Assembly: GCA_964411505.1 (NCBI GenBank)
Contig: CAYPLH010000004.1
Span: forward strand, 2,954 to 66,953
DNA length: 64,000 nt
From: an uncultured Clostridiaceae bacterium
Lineage (GTDB): Bacteria > Bacillota > Clostridia > CAYPLH01 > DUMO01
Reading direction: 5' to 3'
The notes beneath the pieces were generated by a model. That model saw nothing but the letters and a program-made list of their open reading frames with translations. It made no database searches and had not been told where the DNA came from. This document shows, in pieces, positions 20,295 to 29,822 of the stretch (its first letter is position 1; every line of letters begins with the position of its first letter). Made by a program: the position numbers and the translations under genes.

Positions 20295-21655
20295 TGATGG
20301 CTAATGTTAAGAATTTTTTCATAAAACTTATGGCTATTACTGTTATATTTTTGTGTTTTTACCCAGTTGTATTAGTCTTAAGGACTTTTATCTATAAAGA
20401 TAGTACTATTTGGTCTGAATTTATTTTTGGTGCAGCGGTCGTTTATTTAGGATTTATCTTAGCTCATATATTTATAAATGATAAGAAAAGCTTTCTAAGA
20501 TCGCTGATTACATATTTATTAGTGATTGTACCAGTTATCGTATCTATATTGATGTACATATCCCATGGCAAGTTACGACCGATTTTTGAGGTTCTTGTAA
20601 CATTGCTGATTTACTATACAGGAGTTAAAGCACACTTCACTGATGTAGATGAAATACTTAGCACCAAAACAATTGGTACAGGTATTGTATCTTTGACAAT
20701 TTGTCTGCTTATTTCCCAGTTTGATCAACGTTATGTTTCTCTTTTTACGCCTGTTAGTATATTTGCCTATATTTCCATGATACTTGCTTTCTTGGTAAGA
20801 AATCAGCAGAATCTCAACCGGACATTTAAGTTGAAACATATAGACTCTGAAAGTGTTCCGCAAAATATTAGAAAATATAATATAGGCATTGTAATTGTAA
20901 TATTTTTCACTATATTGATGCTTTTTAACATGAAAAATATTATTATCTTTGTGTTTAGAATATGCGGATATGTATTAATAGGTGTTTTATGGCTGTTTAA
21001 CTTTTTGCTTTCGCTTTTTATAGGGAGCGAAGGAGGAGGCAGTGGAGGTGGGGGGCAATCTGATATTATTGGCGAACTTGGAGGCGAGAGTAGCCTGCTT
21101 GCTCAAATTATATATACTATTATTTTTGGAAGCCTGCTTTTGATTGTTGCAATATATGTTGTGAGAATCATTGCTAAAAATTTTCCAGAGTTTGTACAAA
21201 AAGTTAAGAAACTTATTTCAAGATTTTTTAAATGGATTGCAGGTCTTTTTAACATGTCACCTAAAAAAGACGAAGGATCCGAGGATTATACTGACCATAT
21301 TGAAACTATAATTCCAAAAGAAGAAGAACCCATTAAGACAAACTACTACAAGAAAATAAGTAGTATAAAAAGAGGTTTGAGGATTCTTAAAAGAACTGAT
21401 GATCCTGTCAAAAAGATAAGAATTGTATATTACTTAATGCTAAAGGTTCTTTATGATAAGAATATACCAATTAGAGAAAGTGACACTACATGGGAGATAT
21501 ATGAAAAAGCTATTGATATTGAGGGAATAGAGAGTGAGTTTTCTGATATTACAAAGATTTACAATGAAATTAGGTATAATGAAACAGTACCAGACAAAGA
21601 GGAAGTAGAAGATACTGTAAGAAAATTTAGCAAGATTTATGAAATGCTGAAATAG
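20294..21655 (+). CDS. Polytopic membrane protein with a Gly-rich linker and a C-terminal DUF4129-like domain
   Basis: The start codon overlaps the DUF58 stop (TGATG, ATG at 20294). The protein has multiple hydrophobic helices, the linker GSEGGGSGGGGQSD, and a C-terminal TTWEIYEKA...ITKIYNEIRYNE as in DUF4129. No obvious transglutaminase Cys-His-Asp core was seen. Confidence 0.6.
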   Translation: MMANVKNFFIKLMAITVIFLCFYPVVLVLRTFIYKDSTIWSEFIFGAAVVYLGFILAHIFINDKKSFLRSLITYLLVIVPVIVSILMYISHGKLRPIFEVLVTLLIYYTGVKAHFTDVDEILSTKTIGTGIVSLTICLLISQFDQRYVSLFTPVSIFAYISMILAFLVRNQQNLNRTFKLKHIDSESVPQNIRKYNIGIVIVIFFTILMLFNMKNIIIFVFRICGYVLIGVLWLFNFLLSLFIGSEGGGSGGGGQSDIIGELGGESSLLAQIIYTIIFGSLLLIVAIYVVRIIAKNFPEFVQKVKKLISRFFKWIAGLFNMSPKKDEGSEDYTDHIETIIPKEEEPIKTNYYKKISSIKRGLRILKRTDDPVKKIRIVYYLMLKVLYDKNIPIRESDTTWEIYEKAIDIEGIESEFSDITKIYNEIRYNETVPDKEEVEDTVRKFSKIYEMLK

Positions 21656-21760
21656 CACTAATGCTGTTTTTGAAGAAATACCGTTACTTAATGCTGTTGC
21701 TGCAGGAAAACTTAGTCATTGCATAATAATTCATTATTATTTTTATTTTCTAACTTATCG

Positions 21761-22147
21761 TTAATTATGTAGAACATCATATAATTTAATAATTTTTTCT
21801 ATATAATGCCTTTTTTTATCATCAACTATGGGATGAAGAATGCTTATAAAACTAACAAAGTTTTCTTTCCTGCTATTTCGTGTATTTGCAGTTTGTGCGA
21901 ACCTTCTAAGCTGCAAAATGGCATTGGTATATCGACTTGTCTGGCTATAGGTGTTACCAACCATTTCTTTATGGCAATCCGGACAGTAGTCTTTTATTAT
22001 GCTCATAGAGTTTCTTAAAACATCCAGCCTAGTTTCTAATTCATCTTTTTCAGAATTTCTGTTTTGGTTGGTTTGATATGTACTGTTTATTTTATTTGCT
22101 GCGTGAATCGCGTTTGCTATATTAGTCAGTTTTTTATCAACGCTCAT
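21761..22147 (-). CDS. Hypothetical small protein (128 aa)
   Basis: ATG 22147 is preceded by AGGAGGG at good spacing; the ORF track start is 22195. No recognisable family. It contains a CPDC pair. Confidence 0.4.
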   Translation of the reverse strand: MSVDKKLTNIANAIHAANKINSTYQTNQNRNSEKDELETRLDVLRNSMSIIKDYCPDCHKEMVGNTYSQTSRYTNAILQLRRFAQTANTRNSRKENFVSFISILHPIVDDKKRHYIEKIIKLYDVLHN

Positions 22148-22318
22148 AATGATCCCTCCTGTTGATTCCTTATATATAATACTCAGACCAACCATTTCAT
22201 GTTACACGAGTTACAAATGAAGCGAAGTTTCCGTTATTGCGAAAGTTTATCTCAAGTTATAGAGGGTATGAACAGAAACTGCGCTTAAAAAGAGCTGACT
22301 GAAGTTACAGGTGTTACA

Positions 22319-22345
22319 TTGACACTCGTCTTTTTTAGATATAAT
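22319..22345 (+). promoter_or_regulatory. Candidate sigma-A promoter of the homocysteine cluster
   Basis: TTGACA (22319-22324) and TATAAT (22340-22345) are both consensus hexamers. The spacer is only 15 nt, so confidence is low. Confidence 0.35.
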
Positions 22346-22394
22346 ATGTTTATATTCATATTATATTTAGACATAATTTAGAGGGAGATTTTAA

Positions 22395-23561
22395 ATGGGG
22401 TATAAAAGTATTGATGAGATTAATGAAAAGATAAAATCAGGTAAAGCTTGTATTTTTACAGCTGAGGAAATTATCGATTTAGTAGAGGAAAAAGGGTTGA
22501 AACAGGCTGCGAAGGAGGTTGATGTTGTAACCACCGCAACTTTTGGACCTATGTGTTCTTCGGGAGCTTTTCTTAATTTTGGTCATTCAGATCCTCCGAT
22601 AAGGATGGCTAAAGTCTGGCTGAACGATGTTCCAGCATATGCTGGAATAGCAGCGGTTGATGCGTATATTGGTGCAACTGAGCTTTCGGAAAAGAGGGGA
22701 ATGGAGTACGGAGGGGCGCATGTTATAGAGGATTTAATTTCAGGGAAGGATGTCAGGCTTTATGCGGAGTCCTATGGAACTGACTGCTACCCCAGAAAAG
22801 AAATTGACACCTATATAAATAAGGACAATATTAACCAAGCATATTTGTTTAATCCGAGGAATGTTTATCAAAATTATATTGCTGCCACCAATTCCTCAGA
22901 AAAAACGATTTACACATATATGGGTACTTTGCTTCCAAGATGTGGGAATATTACCTATACGACATCGGGGCAACTAAGCCCGCTTATTAATGACCCTTTT
23001 TACCGAACAATAGGTATTGGAACAAAGATTTTTCTTGGTGGAACACAAGGATTTGTCGCATGGGAAGGAACACAACATAATCCGCAGCAGGATCGTGGAG
23101 AAAATGGAGTGCCAATTTCATCGTCTGGTACGCTGGCAGTGATTGGTGATTTAAAAAAAATGAGTACTCGATTTATAAGAGCAGCTGTATTCCCGAATTA
23201 TGGTGCGACAATGTTTGTCGGGATAGGAATTCCCATCCCTATTCTGGATGAGGACATTCTTTTAAAGGCAGTTGTAAAAGACAGTGAAATTTTCACATTT
23301 ATTATTGACGAAAGTGTACCCAAAAGGTCGAAGCCTTCTTTTAAAAAGGTTTCTTATGCGGAGCTCAAAAGCGGATTAGTGGATTTAAATGGTAAGAAAG
23401 TACCTACAGCACCTTTGTCCAGTATAAAAAAAGCACGTGAAATAGCCTTGCTTCTAAAAAAACAAATAGTGGAAGGCGAGTTTCTTCTTACAGAAGCTGT
23501 GTCTAAGCTGCCTTCAACCAACAAGATAAACACCTTGGAAATTAGGGGGTGCGAAAAATGA
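22395..23561 (+). CDS. Homocysteine biosynthesis protein (COG1900/DUF39 family; L-aspartate-semialdehyde sulfurtransferase-like)
   Basis: The VVTTATFGPMCSSGAFLNFGHSDPPIRM motif is characteristic of this family. The gene is followed by a NIL-ferredoxin gene, as in the methanogen MA1821-MA1822 pair. Confidence 0.8.
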   Translation: MGYKSIDEINEKIKSGKACIFTAEEIIDLVEEKGLKQAAKEVDVVTTATFGPMCSSGAFLNFGHSDPPIRMAKVWLNDVPAYAGIAAVDAYIGATELSEKRGMEYGGAHVIEDLISGKDVRLYAESYGTDCYPRKEIDTYINKDNINQAYLFNPRNVYQNYIAATNSSEKTIYTYMGTLLPRCGNITYTTSGQLSPLINDPFYRTIGIGTKIFLGGTQGFVAWEGTQHNPQQDRGENGVPISSSGTLAVIGDLKKMSTRFIRAAVFPNYGATMFVGIGIPIPILDEDILLKAVVKDSEIFTFIIDESVPKRSKPSFKKVSYAELKSGLVDLNGKKVPTAPLSSIKKAREIALLLKKQIVEGEFLLTEAVSKLPSTNKINTLEIRGCEK

Positions 23562-23965
23562 AGACAATAAAAGTATCCATGAGATTTGGGCAAGAGATTG
23601 TCACAAAACCGCTTACTTATCACCTTATAAAAGATTATAATCTTGAAGTTAATATTCTTAACGCAAATGTAGGGCTTAATAAAATCGGGCAGCTGATAGC
23701 TGACATATCTGGTGAAGAGGATAAAATTAATATCGGGCTTGAGTTTTTGAAAGAACAAGGAGTCGAGTTTAAAATATTTAACCGCTCAATTATATGGCAG
23801 GAAGAGAATTGTGTCCATTGTGGTGCATGTACAGCTGTTTGTCCAACTGGAGCACTTAAAATGGATAAAAGCGACTGGTCGCTTACCTTTGACAGAGAAA
23901 AGTGTGTAGTGTGTGAGCTTTGTGTTGGAGCATGTCCGATAAAAGTGATGAGTGTATCAATATAG
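23558..23965 (+). CDS. NIL-domain protein with a C-terminal 2x[4Fe-4S] ferredoxin domain
   Basis: ATG 23558 overlaps the upstream stop (ATGA). The Cys clusters are CVHCGACTAVCP and CVVCELCVGACP. Confidence 0.8.
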   Translation: MKTIKVSMRFGQEIVTKPLTYHLIKDYNLEVNILNANVGLNKIGQLIADISGEEDKINIGLEFLKEQGVEFKIFNRSIIWQEENCVHCGACTAVCPTGALKMDKSDWSLTFDREKCVVCELCVGACPIKVMSVSI

Positions 23966-24053
23966 ATTATTTTACTCTAAGGAGTACTGAGTTCACACTT
24001 TACAAAAACCAATTTCTCTTAGAGAAATCCAAAATGGATCTGGTACATTTTAA

Positions 24054-24857
24054 GTGAGAAGATGTGTAAAACAAGATAGAAAGTTGAACATAGACATTAA
24101 TATTAAAGGATTGCATGAAAATGAGGTGATTTTTATTTATCAGGAAAGATTTTACCGTGATTTTATAACAGACTCAGGATTAGTTTTTTTTAACGTCACT
24201 GAGTACGAAACCGATTTGTTTATTGGTGCATCGAGTAATATATTTAGTGAGACACTGGAATGGGTTAAGTTTTATAGAAAACAAATTGAAGACTGGATCA
24301 GATTCCAACCTGAGTTTTTAAAAAGCCTGAAGCCTGTTAAGATTTATCCCGATATGCCAGAAATTGTACGCAGAATGGCTGAAGCAGGTCTAAAGACTGG
24401 AACGGGACCAATGGCTGCGGTAGCTGGTGCTATAAGTGAGATGGTAGGGCTTAAGCTTTTAAAATATTCTGATGAAATCATAGTGGAAAATGGAGGAGAT
24501 ATTTTTATCAAGACAGCTGTCCAAAGAAAAGTAGGTATATATGCTGGAGACTCTCCGTTAAGTGGTAGAATTGCACTTAGCATTGCCCCTTTAGACACTC
24601 CGATTGGAATATGTACATCGTCCGGAACTTTTGGACATTCTTTAAGCTTTGGAAAGGCAGATGCAGCTGTTGTAGTTTCAAAAGATACTTTTTTGGCGGA
24701 TGCTGCAGCCACCGCAATGGGTAATCTTGTTAAAAAGTTTAATGACATATCTGATGCTCTTGATTATGCGGTGGGCATTGATGGAGTGGAAGGAGCTATG
24801 GTTATTAAGGGTGACAAGATCGGGGTAAGAGGAAAAGTTCAGCTTGTAAAAATATAG
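24054..24857 (+). CDS. UPF0280 (ApbE-like) family protein
   Basis: Motifs TGPMAAVAGAISE, ENGGDIF, ICTSSGTFGHSLSFGKADA and ADAAATA match what I recall of UPF0280. The true start is probably downstream of 24054. Confidence 0.7.
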   Translation: MRRCVKQDRKLNIDINIKGLHENEVIFIYQERFYRDFITDSGLVFFNVTEYETDLFIGASSNIFSETLEWVKFYRKQIEDWIRFQPEFLKSLKPVKIYPDMPEIVRRMAEAGLKTGTGPMAAVAGAISEMVGLKLLKYSDEIIVENGGDIFIKTAVQRKVGIYAGDSPLSGRIALSIAPLDTPIGICTSSGTFGHSLSFGKADAAVVVSKDTFLADAAATAMGNLVKKFNDISDALDYAVGIDGVEGAMVIKGDKIGVRGKVQLVKI

Positions 24858-27308
24858 TCACCACGATTCTAAGTCTGGTCCAAAAAGGTCATCGGGAATT
24901 GATAGTTCGTGGAGATTGCAATATCCACCTGATGAAAGCTCATATTCCCAGTCTTTAGGAAGTGGGTCACCCAGATTCATCGGCATGAATGGTTCACTCC
25001 TTTTTGTAAATACTTTTTCAATTACAGAAGATTGCGGGCAATATGGACCAGCTAGTAAATTTCTACCCCAAGGATCTCTTGATTCAATGCAGACCTTTTC
25101 TTTTACATGAACATCGCAATATCCACTAGGCTCAGTTCCTCTGATAAATAATTCATTTCTAAGACAGCTTTGCCTAGAGTGTCTTGGATCTTCTGTGCAT
25201 ACATCAGAAGGGAGTTTGCCTGAATATATGCATATAGTTTTTCTTACTACCCCAGGCGGTTCTTCAAAATTAATTGGCTCTTTGTTTTCATGCACCTTTG
25301 TCATTACTGCATTCCAAATTTTTAGAGCTTGACTGTACTCAGCTGGTTTTAAAGATGAAGGTGTATCATATCCATACCATGTGGCTGCAACATAATATGG
25401 AGAAAAACCAACAAACCACTTATCATGGTTGTCACTTGTTGTACCTGTTTTTCCTCCTGTAGGAATAAGTTCCTGATTGCGGTTTCTGATAACTCCGTAT
25501 GGATATGCAGTTCCACCTGACTTAGTTACCCCCGAAAGCATATCAGTCATGATAAAAGCTGATTGTTCGTCATAAACGATCTGACTTTCCAGTTTGTTTT
25601 CCAAAATGATGTTTCCGTCCCGATCTTCTACTTTGGTGTAGGTGACAGGTTTATAAAAAACTCCTTTATTAACAAAAGGAACGTAAGCAGCTGCCATCTG
25701 AAGTGGGTTGACACCCTTATTCAAACCACCCATTGATATTGATACATACCTTTCGTTGTCTCTGTTTATATCAACTCTCTTTAAATAATCATGGGAAATA
25801 TCAGGTCCGATTATGTAATTCCAAACCTTTGCAGCTACCACGTTTAAGGAACGACGTATACCATCACGTACAGTGGTTAATCCACTGTAGGTATGATCAT
25901 AGTTGGTGGGATATATACCTTTTGAAGCGCCAAGCATATAGGCGGGCGCATCGTCAATGATTGTTGCGGCAGTAATTTTTCTTGTATCAATAGCAGGACC
26001 ATATACAGCGATCGGCTTGAAACTGGAGCCTGGCTGTCTTTGCATCTGAGGAGATGCAGCTCTGTTATAGATCGCATCAGCTTTTTTAACACCATACCCT
26101 CCATACATTGCTTTAATCTGACCATTTTTGGGGTTTATAATAACCATTGCAGATTGTGGGTGCTCTTTTTTTTCATCCAATATAGGGAAAAATTCATCAT
26201 TAGTATACACTTCATCCATTGCCTTTTGAACATCAGGATCCATGGTAGTGTATATATTCCATCCTGCGTTATATATAAGGTTTATAGCGGTTTGCTCAGA
26301 ATATCCTTTATTAACTAGATCTTGTTTTATATCACTTATTACCTGATCTACAAAATAGCTTTGATTGCTTGTTTCTTTAGGCTTTACTGTATCACTGGAT
26401 GCAAATTTTAGCTCCTCCTGTTTTGCTTGTTCATATTCAGTTTGGTTTATAAATCCTAGTTCAAGCATTTTTGATAAAATAGTTTTCTGACGTTTGATAT
26501 TACTTTCACGACCAAGAGTAGTAGCAGGAGTATATTTTTCAGGCCAATTTGTTATTCCTGCGATACTGGCACATTCAGCTAATGAAAGGTCACCTACATC
26601 TTTGTTGAAATACTTGAGGGCTGCAGCTTTAACACCATGCGTATTTCCGCCCATATTAGCAATATTCATATACAGTTCGAGTATTTGCCATTTTTCAAGA
26701 TTCATTTCAAGCTGGATAGCCTTCCACCATTCTTGGACCTTTCTTCTTAATTTGACGTCCTTATCTTTGGTCACATTCTTAACGAGCTGCTGGGTGATAG
26801 TACTTCCCCCATAGAAATCTTGGTCGCCTGGAAGGATTTTAGCCTTAACATAACTTATAGCGCCTCCTATTGTGCGCTTAATATCAATTCCCGGGTGGTC
26901 GTAAAAGCGTTCATCCTCTATGGCAACAAAAGCATCCTTTAAGTACTTTGGCATTTCGCTATCCTTTGCATACATACGATTTTCATTTATTGCATCAAGA
27001 TGCGTTATCTGGTTGCCATTAGCATCATAAACAAAGGTGGTAAAATTAGTAGGCATCAGATCGTCAGGTCTTATAGGATCTGCTGTACGTATATAACCAA
27101 AGACAAGTCCACTTACAACACCGACACCTAAAAAAGACATAGCTAATAACACAATTATCATCACTTTTAATACTTTCCCTGTGATTTTAAGAAACTTTCG
27201 CGAGCCGGGTTTTCTTTTTGATTTTAATGTTTTAGTTGAACTTCCCGTTTTGCGTTTTCGCTTTGTTATATTCTTTTCATTTGCATTTTTTTGTCTTCTG
27301 GACTTCAT
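24858..27308 (-). CDS. Class A penicillin-binding protein (glycosyltransferase plus transpeptidase)
   Basis: It has an N-terminal TM anchor. GT51 motifs are AIEDERFYDHPGID and GGSTITQQLVKN. The transpeptidase motifs are SSFKP and KTGTT. Confidence 0.9.
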   Translation of the reverse strand: MKSRRQKNANEKNITKRKRKTGSSTKTLKSKRKPGSRKFLKITGKVLKVMIIVLLAMSFLGVGVVSGLVFGYIRTADPIRPDDLMPTNFTTFVYDANGNQITHLDAINENRMYAKDSEMPKYLKDAFVAIEDERFYDHPGIDIKRTIGGAISYVKAKILPGDQDFYGGSTITQQLVKNVTKDKDVKLRRKVQEWWKAIQLEMNLEKWQILELYMNIANMGGNTHGVKAAALKYFNKDVGDLSLAECASIAGITNWPEKYTPATTLGRESNIKRQKTILSKMLELGFINQTEYEQAKQEELKFASSDTVKPKETSNQSYFVDQVISDIKQDLVNKGYSEQTAINLIYNAGWNIYTTMDPDVQKAMDEVYTNDEFFPILDEKKEHPQSAMVIINPKNGQIKAMYGGYGVKKADAIYNRAASPQMQRQPGSSFKPIAVYGPAIDTRKITAATIIDDAPAYMLGASKGIYPTNYDHTYSGLTTVRDGIRRSLNVVAAKVWNYIIGPDISHDYLKRVDINRDNERYVSISMGGLNKGVNPLQMAAAYVPFVNKGVFYKPVTYTKVEDRDGNIILENKLESQIVYDEQSAFIMTDMLSGVTKSGGTAYPYGVIRNRNQELIPTGGKTGTTSDNHDKWFVGFSPYYVAATWYGYDTPSSLKPAEYSQALKIWNAVMTKVHENKEPINFEEPPGVVRKTICIYSGKLPSDVCTEDPRHSRQSCLRNELFIRGTEPSGYCDVHVKEKVCIESRDPWGRNLLAGPYCPQSSVIEKVFTKRSEPFMPMNLGDPLPKDWEYELSSGGYCNLHELSIPDDLFGPDLESW

Positions 27309-27447
27309 ACATATATCCTCCTGAACTAGATGGCACGTAATTTTTCTATACGAATAAGCTTTCTAAACAAACTGAAAGCTTTGTGCATTATAAGTCATTT
27401 TGTAATAAGTAAAAATGTACCATATGGGTTAACTATGCTTTTACCTA

Positions 27448-27547
27448 TTATATCATGAATTTCGAAGAAATTGCATGATATAATGGTGCATGTGCGTTTT
27501 TTGTCTTGACAAAAAAAATCGCACGCACATAAAATCCGCCGGAGGCA
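27448..27547. repeat. Inverted-orientation copy of the 12.3-kb multi-hairpin repeat
   Basis: The reverse complement aligns by eye at ~90% with 12301-12400 (CCTCCGGCGG...ATGTGCGTGCGATTTTTTT...AAAAAACGCACATGCAC.ATTATATCATGCAATTTCTT.CGAAATTCATGATATAA). Confidence 0.8.
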
Positions 27548-27625
27548 GTATTATCGCCATATAATATATTATGGACATTTATACCTGATTTCTTGCAGCA
27601 TAATATTGTAGTACATGAAATATAA

Positions 27626-28348
27626 ATGTACTGTTTTAAAAAACAATATTTATTTTTTGGAGGGGATAGTTTGAGGAGAAATGTGTATCGACGATTTGGT
27701 TATGCGAAGAAAGCTCACTCGAAAAAAATGTCTATTTTCATTAGAGTTGTTTCAATACTCATAATATTAGGTCTGCTTGTTATATATGCCCAGAGAAGAC
27801 TTGTTCCATATCTTGTCGAAATTAGTGAGTTTAGGGCTAAATCTATAATTACAATGACTGTGTACAACGCAGTAAAGGATAGTTTTAAGGATGAGATTCT
27901 TTATGAGGATCTTATATATATAGACAGGAACAAGAATGGAGTTGTTACCTCCATAAGGACAAATATTTCAAGAATGAATAGCCTTTGTGCGCAAATATCA
28001 ACAAAAATACAAAAAAAGCTAATGGATCTGGATAAAGAAAGTGTAGTTATACCTTTTGGGATATTTTTGGGAGACACTATATTCACAGGCATAGGACCGG
28101 ATCTGCACATAAAGATAACTCCCTATGGTAATGTTGAGACCGAGTTTAAGTCGGAGGTAAATCAAATAGCTGAGGATCAGACAATTCACAAACTATTTCT
28201 GGAGGTGAGAACAAGCGTATCAGTTTTGATACCACTGATGCATCAAAAAACAGAGATAGTTACAAACATTCCCATTGCCGAATCAGTAATCAGGGGGAAA
28301 ATAGATGAAGAAACATTTAAAGAGCTGGTAAAAAAAAGCGAGGTATAA
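27626..28348 (+). CDS. yunB: Sporulation protein YunB
   Basis: An N-terminal TM helix followed by IPFGIFLGDTIFTGIGPDLHIKITPYGNVETEFKSE and TEIVTNIPIAESVIRGKI, which resemble B. subtilis YunB. The start codon is uncertain. Confidence 0.7.
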   Translation: MYCFKKQYLFFGGDSLRRNVYRRFGYAKKAHSKKMSIFIRVVSILIILGLLVIYAQRRLVPYLVEISEFRAKSIITMTVYNAVKDSFKDEILYEDLIYIDRNKNGVVTSIRTNISRMNSLCAQISTKIQKKLMDLDKESVVIPFGIFLGDTIFTGIGPDLHIKITPYGNVETEFKSEVNQIAEDQTIHKLFLEVRTSVSVLIPLMHQKTEIVTNIPIAESVIRGKIDEETFKELVKKSEV

Positions 28349-28349
28349 A

Positions 28350-28823
28350 TTATTTGCTGACTTTTTCCTGTTTTTCCAGTTCTTTTTCTTTATAAACATC
28401 ATCGAGCACAGAGGCATTTTTACGACTTCTAGTAGAATCTTTGCTTGATTTATCTGCAAAGCTGATGGTTTTTTGTTCAAACATATCAGATGAACCGTGA
28501 AAAATGCTACCTTCATCTATAATAAGGCTTTGTACTTTTATGTCACCATAAAGTTTTGCAGTTGATAGCAGCTTTAGGATTCCTTTTGCATTTATATTTC
28601 CTTCAATTGTTCCTGAAAGCTCAATATCACTCGCTGTTACATTGCCTTTTACATGAGCGTTTTCTCCGATGTAAACACAGCCTTCAACTTCAAGATCACC
28701 GTTTATATCACCATCAATGCGGATTGTGCCCTCCGAGATAAGATTGCCTTCGATGGTGGTATTTACACCTAGAATAGTATTTATTTTTTCACCATTGCTA
28801 AAAGTTTTTTTCTTACTGAACAT
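28350..28823 (-). CDS. Bactofilin-family cytoskeletal protein
   Basis: A repetitive beta-helix core (IEGNLISEGTIRIDGDINGDLEVEG...VKGNVTASDIELSGTIEGNI) with a charged C-terminal tail. Confidence 0.85.
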   Translation of the reverse strand: MFSKKKTFSNGEKINTILGVNTTIEGNLISEGTIRIDGDINGDLEVEGCVYIGENAHVKGNVTASDIELSGTIEGNINAKGILKLLSTAKLYGDIKVQSLIIDEGSIFHGSSDMFEQKTISFADKSSKDSTRSRKNASVLDDVYKEKELEKQEKVSK

Positions 28824-28883
28824 ACAAATCCTCCTTAAAAATTTATTGCGTTGCTAATTATTATGTTGCTAACTATCGCCTTG

Positions 28884-29822
28884 CTAATTATTGTTGATGT
28901 CAAGATATATAAGTGGGTCAATTGGAGTGTCATCTAAGCGTACTTCAAAATGAAGATGAGGACCAGTACTGATCCCTGTACTGCCTACTGTGGCAATCTG
29001 CATTCCTTTTTTTACTTGTTGTCCTGTTTTTACTAATAATTCATTTGCATGCCCATACAGTGTTTTAATACCATTACCATGGTCTATAATAACACATTTC
29101 CCATATCCGCCATGTGTTTGTGCCATTATAACTGTTCCACTGCCTGCTGCCATTATATCAGCTCCATAATTAGCAGCAAAATCCAGTCCTGCATGAAGCT
29201 TATATTCAAAACTTGTAGGATGCACGCGATACCCAAACTTGTCGCTTATATTTCCTTGAGTAGGGCAAAAGGTGGGGAGCGCATCAAGAAACTGCTCTAC
29301 TTGTTTTTTCATATCTGTAAAGTCAACAGTTGTGCTGCTATCAATACTGGCGATTTCATTCAGAGCAGCAAGAATATTACGAAGCTCCTGAATATCTTCT
29401 GTGAAATTGCCTACCACTCTATTTGTAGAACTATCTGACCTGCTCACTGAAAGCTGACTTGTGATATATCTTTCAGTGATTTCCCGGTATTTTTCAGTGT
29501 ATTGGTTGATAGCCTCTTGGGTAAGAGTTTTGCTGGACTGTAATAAGTTGTTTTTTTCAAGCACAGAATCCAGTTTGAGAAGGTTCTCGTAACTGGACTT
29601 TGCTAGGGAATCTCTTTGGGCGGTAAGGTCTGTTACTTTTCGAATAAGATAAACTGATAACAAACCCTGACATATAAGAGCAGTTATCACTAATACTACA
29701 GCGATACGAGCAAACTTGAAAACTCTATTGCTTAATCGATATGTTCTGGTCTTGCTCGAATAGTGTGGAGCAAGTATCAACGAAACATACTTTTTATTCT
29801 TTTTAATTTTCAACTTTTTCAT
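28884..29822 (-). CDS. M23-family metallopeptidase with an N-terminal TM helix and coiled-coil
   Basis: The HAGLDFAA (HxxxD) and GPHLHFEV (HxH) motifs are present. The gene lies upstream of the bactofilin gene on the same strand. Confidence 0.85.
   Translation of the reverse strand: MKKLKIKKNKKYVSLILAPHYSSKTRTYRLSNRVFKFARIAVVLVITALICQGLLSVYLIRKVTDLTAQRDSLAKSSYENLLKLDSVLEKNNLLQSSKTLTQEAINQYTEKYREITERYITSQLSVSRSDSSTNRVVGNFTEDIQELRNILAALNEIASIDSSTTVDFTDMKKQVEQFLDALPTFCPTQGNISDKFGYRVHPTSFEYKLHAGLDFAANYGADIMAAGSGTVIMAQTHGGYGKCVIIDHGNGIKTLYGHANELLVKTGQQVKKGMQIATVGSTGISTGPHLHFEVRLDDTPIDPLIYLDINNN

Noticed and set aside
22196-22394. A SAM (S-box) riboswitch upstream of the homocysteine biosynthesis genes.
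   Set aside because: No S-box core could be aligned. The best promoter candidate leaves only a ~45-nt leader, too short for a riboswitch.
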